64,000 nucleotides of DNA. Source: the human T2T-CHM13v2.0 reference genome, Homo sapiens. The DNA lies in NCBI RefSeq assembly GCF_009914755.1, contig NC_060932.1. One strand, written 5' to 3'. This document shows positions 1-13,607 of this stretch, piece by piece; the stretch's first letter is position 1, and every line of letters starts with the position of its first letter. Position numbers and translations under genes: made by a program. Below the pieces are notes generated by a model. The model searched no databases, had not been told where the DNA came from, and worked only from the letters and a program-made list of their open reading frames with translations.

Positions 1-316
1 CATATTTGTCTCTTGAGCTTATTCAGATTCCAAAGAGCATCATTTATAAGTTAATTTCTATGTCCTGGGTGCATTCGTTTACCCTAACAATTATTTTACT
101 ACCCTTTCCATTTTCCCTCTCCTCCTTCTCCTATGAAGAAAAGTATAAGCATCTGCACCCCACTGAATTATTGAGTATCCACTCTCCTATAATTTCCAAT
201 CATGCATATTAAAATTAATTTGTATGCATTTCTCTCCTATTAATCTATCTATTGTCAGTCCATTTTCAGTGAAATTTCACAGGGTGAAGGGGATGCTTTC
301 TCTCTTTGCCCCTACA
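1..316 (+). mobile_element. 5' LTR (partial, cut by window edge), MER34/MER39-type
   Basis: Ends ...TTTGCCCCTACA just before the PBS. Aligns with 10370-10674 (e.g. AGCATCAT-TATAAGTTAATTTCT, TATAAGCATCTG). Confidence 0.85.
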
Positions 317-320
317 GTTC

Positions 321-338
321 TGGCACTGTAAGCAGGAT
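321..338 (+). promoter_or_regulatory. Primer-binding site complementary to tRNA-Ser(CGA) 3' end
   Basis: TGGCACTGTAAGCAGGAT vs recalled TGGCGCTGTGAGCAGGAT (16/18), 4 nt after the LTR end. Confidence 0.8.
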
Positions 339-1005
339 AAACTGGAATCACCCTTGTCTTCTGGAAGTCACAGTCAAGGGAACCCAGGACCTGAAAAGCA
401 TCAAAAAGAATAAATATTTACCAGTCAGACCCCTGGATGTCTATCTATGGAATCCAGCCTAGGGAGCAGTAAAAATTATTACTTATCTCTGTATCCTTTC
501 TAAATTTAAGATTAATGAGAGAAAAGCATTTGTATGGCTAGTCTTGAACGTAGCAACTCTGGTGTACTTTTTGGTATGAATATTCATATTGTCTGATTCA
601 TTTTCCACCCAGAACTAGTCTTTCTTTCTCTTTTGTTGCCTGTCTTCTTGTGTCATTTGTCATTGGTCGTACCACAAGACAAACAATGGGTCAAACCCAT
701 TGTTTGAGCTGATGCTCATAGACTGGTAAGTTTTAGGGTTCTTGTCAGAGTGGTGTTTAGACAAACTGCTGTGGGCCCCTGAAATTAAAAATTGATAAGA
801 TTTCCCTCTTATCTTGTTTTATGTGCTTGAGAGCTTGACTTGTGACCAAGTGGTAGTAATCTCTCTTGGTCCCTGTGATTTAGGGGGCATTGTTTTCTAG
901 TAATGTCAGATGGCCAGTCTGAAAAGACTGGGTACTCAAGACACCTAAGATATTAATCAGCATACTCTCTGCCTGAATATGACAAGCACTCAGAAAAGGT
1001 TGTCT

Positions 1006-1700
1006 TGTTACAGTAGGTAGTTAGTCAGGCATGAGCCAGGCAAGAGAGTGCTCCAGTCTCCACCAGGAATGTCAGGCGAACATCAGGTGATGGTTCAGCA
1101 ATTATCACATTTCCTCTCTAAAAATGATAATTGGTTGCAGGTGGCAGGGGGAGGCAATTTCTCAAATAGATAAAAACACTTGAAATTGGTAGCCAGCTTC
1201 CAATAAAATATCAGGAATTGGGCAGGCAAGCTTGAGCATGTGCATTAAGAGGCAAGATGGCACAGCATCACTTTCAGGGGGCATTCCATTGGAAAAGAGA
1301 ATTAGGCCTTAGGTAGGCATGCGTACAACTTGCTAAACACACAGCGCTTGCTCACCTCCCAAGTGTAAGGAGCACACCACACACGCAGGCAGCTCACCCT
1401 TAGGGAAGAATGAAGGGAAAGGGGTGCAAGACTCTGGAAGTGGGCCAGCATATGAAGTTATAGGATCAAGGTTAAATGGAACACTTGTCCTTCAAGTTGA
1501 CTGCTTGGGTTTCTTCCAAGTGTACTTTCCTTTCTTTCCTTCTCTAAGGCTTTTTAATAAACTTCCATTCCTGCTCTGAAACTTGTCTCGGTCTCTTTTT
1601 CTATCTTATGCCCCTCCGTCAAATTCTTTCTTCTGAGGAAGGGAATTGACATTGCTGCAGACCCGTACGGCTTCATCGCCAGTAACCTGGATATTTGCCA
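1006..1700 (+). mobile_element. Solo LTR, MER50-like, inserted in the proviral leader
   Basis: TG...CA termini, exact 4-bp TSD GTCT (1002-1005 / 1701-1704), internal AATAAA. The start TGTTACAGTAGGTAG resembles MER50. Confidence 0.8.
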
Positions 1701-2749
1701 GTCTTAACAAGAAGTCCTATCCATAAGAAGCTTTTGTTGTCCAAATTTTTGTTGTCTGGTTAGTGCAGGAAAAGTACAGTCCCAGGAAGGCCTACTCCTT
1801 GTCAGGAAGTCTGTGGCTGGTGGCATCTCAGAAATTTGTGGGATACTGAAGACACCATATATAGTTCACTGTCTGTGGAAACAAGAGTCCTTTGGCTTTC
1901 TTAGCCTATTTCTGGGAGTAAAATTTTGGATATCATAGGGACTGCCTCCTCTATGTCCGCTCCAGGAGTGCCTCTTGATTATATGGTTAAAAACTATGCT
2001 GGTATTTCCATGAATAGGTTTAGTGGATTGAGTCACTATTGGAATAAGTACACCATTAGAATTTTCTAATCATCAATGGTCAGATGATGGACTTTTTTTG
2101 GCTTAGAAAGACTTTAATCTTTGAAAAAAAACTTAGAGAGCTCTTATTCTAAGCAGTTGACTTATTTGTACAGTAAAATCAAATTGAAAGATACATAATA
2201 GTATCATGCCTAGCCTTAGCAATTCCTTTGACATAATTAAAGAGCAGAAATCTGACCTAGAGCAAGTTAAAATCCACCCTCACCCTGATTTAAGTTCCCC
2301 TCCCACTGATCTCTTCCTTTTCCTCAACTCTGATCCTCCAGAGATCTTTTGGATCTCTGAGCCCCTAGTCTAATCCCCTTTTCGAAATCCAACCCCAGCT
2401 CCTCAGTAAACTTCCTTAATAACCCCTAAAACTACTGCACATCCCATTTCTCCAGAAAATCCCTTAGAGAACCAGCTGCCAACTTTAATGTCCACATCTT
2501 TGTGAGGGCACATAGGTCGGTGCGTAAAAGCTGACAAATAAGAACTAAGCCCTTCAGACAGTCAGGGAAAGTGCAGCCGGTCTTGGTTCCCTGTGCCTTA
2601 TGATATCTCTTACTTCCTGGGGCTGTGGGAACAACCTCCATCAGCTCCAGACCTCCCTACACAGTGCCCCCAATCATGCATCCAGGATCCTCCCCACAAA
2701 AACTCTCATCGCCTGCACAGTAGCAGGTCTTATGAATTATAAACCCTTT

Positions 2750-3520
2750 TGCTCCCACTTTCAGAAGATTCTGCTAAGTTTAGAGAACAATTGGAGAGGC
2801 TAGTAGCCATTCACAATCCTACTCATAGGAACCTTGACTGGCTACTAAGAGGTGTACTTTCCATCTGTGATTATACTGCTGTTATTAGACAGGCCAGATG
2901 GCTTCCATGAGAAAACTCTCCCCACAGAGGGAACAGGTGGCCACAACCTGTTCCTGGTCCCCCTACAGATGACCCAGAAATGGCTCAGCTTAATGCTAAT
3001 ATTCAGGTCCTAATAGGGGCAATATCAGAAGCCTGTTCCTAAGGTAAATTGGCCTAAGGTTGAACTATATACCCAGAAGGAGGGAGAGCACCCTACATCT
3101 TTTGTTGAGTGATTTACACAAGTGTTTCAGAGGCATACTTCATTAAATCCTGAAGAATAAGAGCATAGAAATCTTCTAATTTCAACCTTGGTCAGAAATC
3201 TACTTCCTGATTTAAAAAAGGCAACTCCAGAACAGTGTAGTTGGCTGGGCTGGTCAGCCTGTAAGTGTTATAATGAAAGCAACTACACAGTTCTTTGAAA
3301 ATGACTTTCAGGAAAACATGAGAACAAAAACAGTTAAAATCTATGGTCTTTGCTTTGCAGGTTAAGTCTCTACAAAGACAAAAGCAGGCCTTGGTAAAAA
3401 GAACAAAGTGTTCCCATTTTTCACGTCAATCATAGAACATTCCACCTTATGTTTGCAAATGTTATAGAAAATCAGGGCACTGGAAAAATCATTGTCCTGC
3501 ACTTAAAAGAAAGGAAAACT
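2750..3520 (+). pseudogene. gag: ERV gag remnant (capsid to nucleocapsid)
   Basis: Capsid-like segment at ~3060-3300 and a CCHC-type knuckle relic VCKCYRKSGHWKNHCP at ~3451-3498. The 5' boundary is uncertain. Confidence 0.75.
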
Positions 3521-3639
3521 AGAAAAAAAAACCCTCCTTAAAAGTCAGCACCCTCAGAAAGTTCATTTTTTCCCTCCCGTGGGAAAATACCCCATTGATT
3601 GAGGGGGTCAGCTGATCTTCAGTCACACCCCAGAGCCCC

Positions 3640-6600
3640 CCATTAAACTTAGAGGATTCGGAACTGGGTTTTTAAGTTGATACTGGTCAACTTTCTCTAC
3701 TATTTGATCAAGAGGAAATATCTCTACCTGTCACTTCTGATTCTATTAATGCTGTTGGAGTCTCTGGGTAACCTATTTTATTGCCTGTATCTAAGGCCAC
3801 ATCAATATCCTTAGGCTGTCTTAACACCACCATGCCTTTCTAGTGTCTTACTCTTCACCACCAAACCTTTTAGGTAGATACCTGCTGTGTAAATTTAATG
3901 GCACCATGTAATGTAATAAGGAAGGTGTTTTTATTTTTCTGTTCTCAGACCAAACTTCAAACTTTCTACTTTTCCTAATGGAGACACATCTTAATATAAA
4001 TTCCTCAGAGAATACAATATTACAAGATGTCCCAGCTAGTCTGTGGGCTTCACATACAAATGAAGTTGGACTGCTACTGTGTGCAAGCCTAAACACATTT
4101 ACTGGAAAGGAAAAAATCTTTTCCTTTAGAAGCTTAGTACCTCCTTTCAGGAGATGCAGAGTGAGGAACTGAATCTATAATAAGCTTCCTTTTATAGCAG
4201 TGAGTGCTTATGTTTACTACCTCTCTGTGTAACACCCCACCTAATTTTACCAGGCAAGAAGGAAAAAAAAATGATTCATACAGCAGCCAAATCTATCAAT
4301 TTGTACAGTATCTAAGAGCCATAAGCTCCTTCTGTGCCTAATTCTGTTCCTATCCTCACCTCAATTCCCGCTGATGCAGCTTGGTTTACAGTAAACCAAG
4401 AAGACAATTAAAATGGACTCACATACCTTAGGGATATTGTGAGTATATTCTCAAATCCTTAACGCCAATTTAGACTCTATAACCTTTATCCAAAGAGCTA
4501 TCCTTTTTCAGTAGGTTGATCATCCTTTGCTCTCCAATGAGACTAACGGGGTACCCTTGTTGACTCCATTCTCCTAAAAACTCCAGCTGAACAATGCCGT
4601 AAACCATCCAGATCTAAACTTCAATGGGTGCGGACAATTGTTACCTACTTAGGATAAGGCACTCAAAAGCTCAACCCAAAAGAGTTTTGTTCATCCCTCC
4701 TCCCAAAGTAATGAAACATATGCTTAGAAGTACCTGGCTATTGCAGTCAATGGGTTCCAATTTTGCTGCTCTTGCTTAATCATTATATGCCCGTCCCCCA
4801 GGTATCATTCCAGAGCCCATTCCCTGGTCCTCAGATGCATTAAACTTCTTTAAAGCCTTAAAATTAGCATTCTTTACTTACCCTGCTCTCAGTTTACCTA
4901 TGTTTGGTAAAGGTTTTGCCATGAAATAATGAGATTGCTCTTCTAGGGCAGCCTTTTGCTTCTCAGATCCATCCTGTAGCATATCTTTCATGCCAATTGG
5001 ACCCTGTAGCAGAATACATGTCCCATGCCTGCATGCAGTAGCAGCAGTGGTTGCCCTGGTTGACAAAGCCAGCACTGTTACCTTAGGTTCCCCAATTCAT
5101 CTCATGTTCCCCATGCTGTGTCTGTTATCTTGCAAGTTTGTAAGATGTAACACCTCTTTATGTGATGATGGACCACCTATGAGCAAGGCATGTTAATCAA
5201 TGTCTTCATAATCTTACATTATTGTGATATATTTTATTTTATTTTTATTTTATTTACTTTTTAGAGATGAGGTCTCACTCTGTCCCACAGGCTGGAGTGC
5301 ATTGTTGTGATCATAGCCTGCAGCTTCAAACTCTTGAGCTCAAGAGATTCTCCCTCCTTTTACCCTCCTGATTAGCTGGCACTACACCATTGTGATGCTT
5401 AAAATCCAGCTACCCTCCTACTTCTCTCTGCTGATGGAGACCTTCACTTCATTCCATAATGTTGCCTTGAAACTATAGAAATGGCTTTGAAGCCATGACA
5501 GGATCTCACAGACATCTCTTTAGACAACCCAGACTTACTTCTTTGTGACAGCTCTTGCAAATAAAATTTCAAGGTGAACATAATAACTGGCCTTGATATA
5601 GTTTCTCCACATGAAATTCTTGAGGCACGTTGTCTGCCCTCGATAATGTCAGCACAAGCTGCTAAGCTTCTAGTTCTCACTAGAGCTTGCACTTTGGCAA
5701 AAGGAAAACTGCCACTATTTATACTGACTCCAAATATGCCTTTGAAGTCTGCCAATTAGTTGGCATGATTTGGAAATCCCATGGGTTCTTAACTTCTGCT
5801 GATATCCTTATTGCCAATGGGCACATAATTAATGCACCATTACAGGCTATTCACCTTCCTACTAAGATTGCTATTGTTCATTGCCCGGCCCACACTAAGG
5901 AAACTGATACTATATGCCTAGAAAATGAAAGGTCAGACAGTGCTGCTAACTATGTGGCCAAAACCAACCACGTCCCATCTTTTCTCACTCAATTTATTAA
6001 TCTGTCTTTATTCCTCACTGATATTATTGGTCATCAGATTAATGCCCCACAATCTGAAAAAAAAATAAATAGATAAAAAGGACTACCAAAAATTATTAGA
6101 TAGATTGTATACTGGGCAAAATTGGCTTCCTTTTAACATTTGGCTTGCACTTATTTTCCATCAAATGGGGCATATGTGCAGAGAAGGGATAATCAAGGAA
6201 CTAAAAGATAGTTGGTACTGCTCTGGGATCAACAATATTTATAACCAAATTATTTTTCAGAATATTATTTGTAAATTCCACCAAATTTCTAAAGGAAACT
6301 AACTTGAGGAAGTCCTCCAAAGTCCACACTGTCCCTTGTGGTATTCCATATAGATTTGGTAGATTTACCTCCATGTTTAGGTTTTTCTCACTGTTTGGTT
6401 ATTGTCTGCATGTTTAGTGGATGGACTGAATGTTACCCAATTAGATGAGCTGATACAACAACAGTGGTAAAGAAATAAGTGCCTGAGATTATTTTGCATT
6501 TTGGCATCCTTTTATGGATTGAGTCAGACCAAAGGACTCATTTTATAGCAGAAATAAACCACTTCCTTGCAAAAATCTACAGTACTCGTTAAAATTTCAA

Positions 6601-7220
6601 AACCCCATATCATCCCCAATCCTCAGGGCAAGTGGAATGTATAAATCTATGTGTAATATAAAAAGAACTTTGGGAAAAGTCTTATCAAGGTACTGGACTT
6701 ACATGGTGAGAAGCATTATCTCAGGTCCTTATAAAATATGGAATACTCTAAATAGGAGACATGGATTAATCCATTTTGAAATAGTGTTTGGTCACTCCAT
6801 ACATAATGATACCTCTAAATCTTCCATTCCTGGGTTGAAGGAACACTATGGGTATTTAAGGGAGCAATTTGATTCATGACTGTCTGTGTGCAGGGACTAA
6901 CTAGTATACTTGGGGCATATCAACAGGTGGAAAAAGCATGACCTCCACCATCTGACAAGTCTCACCATCCTTTCAACCAAAAGACTGTGTGTACATCAAA
7001 GTTTTTAGAAAAAAGCCCGTGCTGTCACCTATCAAGGAGGCCCTTATGAATTGGTAACCATCTATACCTCTATAAAAATAAAAGACAAATGCTGCTAGAT
7101 TGATATGAGCCATTCCAAACTATACTGGGACAATTGGAAAACCATCCCTACAGGTGACCTTAAAGTAAGGATTTCCAGAGCCAATCCCCAAACCCCTAAA
7201 GCAGAAGGTAACATGAGGTA
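3640..7220 (+). pseudogene. pol: ERV pro-pol remnant (protease, RT, RNase H, integrase)
   Basis: VDTG ~3677; PNLLGRYLL ~3861; YQFVQYLRAI ~4293; FQ*VDH (YVDD relic) ~4506; RNase H TIYTDSKYAF...IAIVHCPAH in ORF 5687-6076; integrase SDQRTHF ~6523 and PYHPQSSGQVE ~6605; GPY ~7038. Confidence 0.92.
5229..5388 (-). mobile_element. Truncated old Alu monomer (AluJ/FRAM-like) within pol
   Basis: T-rich tail followed by a single Alu arm. TSD ATTGTGAT at 5221-5228 and 5389-5396. Confidence 0.85.
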
Positions 7221-7792
7221 GACTGCTATTTTCCCAAAATCACAGATCAAGAAAACTTACTTTCATCTAACCCCATCACCTTTTCTTTATAAGCCTCTCT
7301 CCTGAAGAGAAAATTTAAAAGGACGTTACATTCTTTTTCTTTTAAGCCTTCTTCTTTGTGGATAACCCACTGGAAGCTTGTTGAAGTTGTTATCAATCTG
7401 TCCTATTCTCCCTCTGATCTTCCACCATGGACCTTCTTTCAAACAGTCTCTTACTCTTATTTACTGCTTTTGCAAAAGGTCAGGCACAGACCTGGCATTC
7501 TTTTGAAGCTGTCTTCCAAACTCTGGCCACATTAACTCATCAGTCGAATTGCTGGTATGCCATCATCTAGAGGATGCAGAAGAATCTGAACGTATTTTCA
7601 TTCCTGTCACCATCAGTATCTGCTGGATCCAGTCTGGAAGATTGATGTATAAGATACAGCATCCACAACTAAGGAAGCAATGTTTTCAGCTTGTTTTGGA
7701 AGTCAACTGAGCACAGAAAATCCTCTGTGGAAGCTCAAGAACTGTCTTTTGATAAGGTTAAATGACTAGAAAGTGATTTTTCCTTTTGAATT

Positions 7793-8505
<713 letters not shown>

Positions 8506-9759
8506 GCATTAAAAGAGAGATGATTCTGGACCTTTTCTAGTGACATAACAGGGCAATATTGCAATCAGATCCTATAGTTTGATTCCACAGATAATATCAT
8601 TATACCTCCTACAAAGATCATAGATGGTCCTGACACTGACTCATATGATGTCAACACTTGCCAAATCACCAGATGTTATGAATGACTCACAAGCCAGCCC
8701 TGTGTGAGCTGGCATAGCTCACCTGCTCCTCTCATTAAGCAAGCACACACCGAAGGTTACATACAGATAGATCAAAAGCCTGGACTGACTTGGCCAGGTG
8801 AAAAAACCAAGCTGTATAACTGCCAGGACTGAACTGAAAGGCATCTTATATTAAATACTTTGCAACTATTTCACTCCCACAGACTGACAGGGGCACATGG
8901 AAGCTGGAGATGTGCAAATGCCAATATGATAGAAGACAAAGCACAATAAACTTCCATCTGTGCATCACAAGTTCCACTCTGACCTTGTCCATAAACAACC
9001 CTGGTCTTTTCGTCTAGGCTGGTGACAAGAAATATGAGTGGTTTCCACCTACATGATCAGAACACTCTGGACTTGGTTATCTGACACTTTCTGCCACCAA
9101 GTACTCCACTTTGATTGCCAGCCAAATTACAAACTTGGGCTCCTTTGTTTAGAAAGTGGTGCAACACAAACATATTAGACACAATGTTATAGAAAATCCA
9201 CTTGTATACCACAATTCTTTTTCCCAGCATTTGGAACTTATGAGACAGAAAAACTACATCACTCGATCTAAATATTTCCATGGTAACAGAATGAGAGTTC
9301 AATGTCACTATGCAAGCACTGGGAGCACTCCAATCAGAAGTTAACAGTCTAACCACTGTTGTATTTCAAAATGGCCATGTACTGGATATGCTGATAATTC
9401 AGTGAGGAAGAGCTACATAACCATTGGTGAGAAATGCTGCTTCTACATAAAGCATTCGAAACGAATAGACTCTGATCTGCACCTTTTGAAACACAAGATA
9501 AATATTCTTCATCAGACAAATGAAGCTAAATCATCCTATTTGTCTGACCTATTCCCAAGTATGGGAGACTGGTTTAATGGTGTGTGGGGAAATGTGTTTA
9601 GATTTGTTCTTTCTGCTTATTCATTCTCATTTTAATCTATGTTCTTTTCTCCCTTTGCAGATCTTTTGCCCCTTGATTACTAACCCAATTTCTGTCTTCA
9701 TAGCCATCAGTGAAGATTTTGGTGAGCAAAATGTCTAGGGAAGTTAGAGACAGCGGAAG

Positions 9760-9856
9760 AAAGAAGCCTAGAATATTTTACCCCCAAAAATGATACCCTA
9801 GTATGCTGATTTATTTTAAATTAAAGGTCCCTGAAGTTCAACAGATGCTGAAAGAC

Positions 9857-9906
<50 letters not shown>

Positions 9907-10674
9907 CTTTTTGTTTTTGAGACTGAGTATCCCTCTGTCACCCAGGCTGGAGTGCAGTGACATGATCTCAGCTCACTAAAACCTCAGTCTCCTGAGTTCA
10001 AGTTATTCTCCTGCCTCCATCTCCCAATTCTCCTGCCTCAAGCTCCCAAGAAGCTGGGATTACAGATGCCCACTACCCCACATGGGTAATTTTGGTATTT
10101 TTGTAGAGACGGGGTTTCACCATGTTGGCCAGACTGGTCTCAAACTCCTGAGCTCAAGTAATCCGCCTGCTTCGGCCTTCCAAAGTGCTGGAATTACAGT
10201 CATGAACCACGGTTGATATTTCTTTATTTACCTTAAGACCGGACCCGCCAAAGAGAACACAATTGCCTTCCATCCCCTCCCTGAAGTCCCATTATCTATC
10301 ACAGAAAAGAAGATGGAAGAATGCAACCACACCTGGATAGGCTTTTTCCAAAGATAATATCTGACTCTCAGGATCATTCAAAAAGCATCATCTATAAGTT
10401 AATTTCTGTTTCCTGGGTCCATTCATTCTCCTTAATTATTGTTTACTATCCAACAAAAAAAATTGTCTACATTCTCTATCTCCCACTCCCTATGAAGAAG
10501 GCTATATAAGCATCTGTACCCCAATGGGTTACTGGATAATAATGCTATGGTTTTCTTCCACATGCATGATAATAAATTTGTATGCCTTTTTCTAGTATTA
10601 ATCTGTCTACTGTCAGTTAATTTTCAGCAAATCTTCACAAGGTGGAGGATAAGGTTTCCTCCTTTGCTCTTATA
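9760..10674 (+). mobile_element. 3' LTR of the provirus (MER34/MER39-type), containing an Alu
   Basis: Homologous to 1-316, with TATATAA at ~10504 and AATAAA at ~10572. Ends CCTTTGCTCTTATA (decayed TACA). The start is approximate. Confidence 0.82.
9859..10212 (-). mobile_element. AluS/J with (TA)n-converted tail and small internal duplication
   Basis: Alu dimer with (TA)~20 at 9860-9898. ATTCTCCTGCCTC occurs twice at ~10004-10039. Confidence 0.9.
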
Positions 10675-11031
10675 GGTAAAATGTGGCATCTGATGGATCT
10701 GAGAACAGGAAAAATCCAAAAAGACAAAAGGTATTTACTAGGTTTTTTCTGTCTTTTGGAATTTCTCCAAATGCCATAATGGCAAGACCATTAATGAAAA
10801 GCTGAAATTGGAAAGATATTTGCCCATTCAGTTATTATATCCAGCACAGACTCTGGAAACAGACAAGTAATGCTCTCTCATAAATCAAGGACACAAACAG
10901 AGAAAAAATATTGGAATGAAGTCAGAATTGCACAGGGTAAAGGAAAATGCAAATAAAGGAAAAAGTCGAGATAAAAGTGAGGCAAGGAAACAGAGCTAGA
11001 AAATCTCAGAAAGAAAGCAGACATATTTTCT

Positions 11032-11339
<308 letters not shown>

Positions 11340-11459
11340 AGCAGACATATTTTCTAACATCACGTCAAAATATAAGGAAAATTTGCGAAGTTAAAAAAAC
11401 TATCAGAAGAATAAATAAATCTCTCATACAGAAGGATTTCATATATTTTGTGCATATAC

Positions 11460-12115
11460 TACATCCTCAAGGAAGTAGAGTGTAATTTCCAAATGTAAGC
11501 TGAGCATAGTGACTTCTTTCTAAAAAGAATAGTCTAAGAAGGACAGAAAAAGATTTATTTATAAAGTGGAGGAAGAGGAATTTAACACTCTCTTAGAGAG
11601 GAGATCAAGTTCAACATCATCAATGATAAGTCATGATGATAGCATGTATACTTGGTATGATTAGATAAGAACAGCAATTTACTTCTGTGGCCCTCCTTTC
11701 AAAAACCCATCACCCAGTCTAAACATGAGAAAAACACAAGACAAATCCCCACTGATCGACGTGCTACCTAATACGAGACCAGTACACCTTAAAACTGTCA
11801 TCAAAAATAAAATCTGAGAAACTGCTATAGTGAAAAAGAGCCTAAGGAAACACGAAAATTAAATGTAATGCAGTGTTCTGGATGGGATCCTAGAACAATA
11901 AAAGGACATTAGGCAAAAAAGTAATCTGAACAAAGTATGGACTTTAATTTAAAATAATGTAATAAAATTAGTTCACTAATTATGACAAATGTACCATACT
12001 AATGTAAAATCTTAATAATAGAAGAAACTGAGTGGAGAGTATATGGGAATTCTGTGCACCAGCTTCACAAATTTTCTGCAAAACTATATTCTAAAACAAA
12101 GCACTTATTTTTTAA
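11460..12115 (+). mobile_element. Old L1 3' end (L1MC/MD-like)
   Basis: Characteristic 3'UTR motifs, e.g. GGATGGGATCCTAGAACA...AAAGGACATTAG and TATGACAAATGTACCATACTAATGTAA. Confidence 0.7.
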
Positions 12116-12253
12116 AAAGTTATCAAAACCAAATCTCCTTTGAAAAGTTCACAAAAATTAAATTAAAATGTCAATGAGCAACAGAAATATTTGAGGTCAA
12201 ATTCCACGTAAAGTTAACATAAGAGCAAAGAAAATAAGAACCAGAATACCTAC

Positions 12254-13607
12254 CTGCATACTTTCAGACAATCAAATCACACCAAAAACATATACTAAGA
12301 AAGATAAAATGACATCAAAAGAGCAAATATTCGGGTCATTGGAGTTAGAGAAGGAACTAAGAAAAACAAAAGAATAGAAAGCTTAGCCACAAAAATAACA
12401 ACAGCAAACTTTACAAAGCTGGGTAAATCCAGGTCAAAGAAGGCCAAAGGCGAGCAAATCAGATTCGACCCAAATGGGAATACCCCAAGACATATCATAA
12501 TCAAACTCCCAAAGGTCAAAGACAGAGAGAAGATCCAGAAAATAGTGAGAGAAAAGAAGCAAATAATACATAGAAGTCTGTCAGCACACTTCTCAACAGA
12601 TACCTTACAGGCCAGGAGGGAGTGAGTTGACATATTTGGAGTGCTGAAGGAAATACTGTGTTCCACAAAGCCATCCTTGAGAAATGAAGGAGGGATAAAA
12701 CTTTCCCAGACAAACAAATGCTGAAATAACTTATCACAACCAGATCTGTCCTACATGAAAAGCTAAATGGAGTTTTATAAAGTGATCTTTTCTGGATTAA
12801 AGTTAAATTGGTATGAATTTAAAATAATATGTTGTAACTATAGAATGTTTTCTGTAAGCCTTATAGTAACAACAGAGCAAAAACCTACAAAAGATACACT
12901 GAAAATAAAATTTTAAAAAAATTAAAAGATAATATAGGAGAAAATTGCTTAACAATAAAAGAAGCCAGGAAGAGAAGAGATACAAAATGACTAGAAAACA
13001 AGTAGCAAAATGGAAGTTGTAAGGTATTACCTGTCAATAATAACGTAGAATGTAAATGGGCTAAATTCTCCAATTAAAATACATAGAGTGACTGAATGGA
13101 ATAAAAAACAAAACAAAAAAGAAGACCCAACTCTATGCTGCCTATAAGAAGCTCATTTTACCACAAAAGGCATAGACTGAAAGTGTGACTACAGTTAACA
13201 TTAATCAATTATACATTTCAAAATAGCTGGTAGAGAATAATTCAAATGATTTTATCATGAAGAAAAGATAAACATTTAAGCTGATAGATCTCCCAATTAC
13301 CCTGATTTGATTGTATGAACCTATCAAATTATTACATGTACCCCCAAAATATGTACATCTAATATGTATCAATATAAATAAATAAATAAAAGTGAAGGGA
13401 TGAAAAAATATTTTATGCAAATGGATCAAAAAAGATTAGGAATATTTATACTTATGTAAGATAAAATAGACTTTAAATCAAACATTGTTAAAAGAAAAAG
13501 ACAAAGAAAGCCATTATATAATGATAGAAGGGTCAATTCAGCAGGAAGATAAAATAATTGGGGATATATATAAACCCAAACCCAAGCACCTAAATATATA
13601 AAGTATA
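12254..13607 (+). mobile_element. L1 fragment (ORF1 3' half to ORF2 endonuclease start)
   Basis: ORF1 motif ACCCCAAGACATATCATAATCAAACT; EN motifs AATGTAAATGGGCTAAAT and GGGTCAATTCAGCAGGAAGAT. Confidence 0.85.
13186..13388 (+). mobile_element. Short L1MA-type 3' end nested in the L1 EN region
   Basis: L1MA tail ending in (AAAT)n. TSD AAAGTG at 13180-13185 and 13389-13394. The host EN sequence resumes afterwards. Confidence 0.8.

Noticed and set aside
5687-6076. 129-aa RNase H-like ORF as a domesticated gene
   Set aside because: It is a fragment of a pol frame riddled with stops and frameshifts on both sides.
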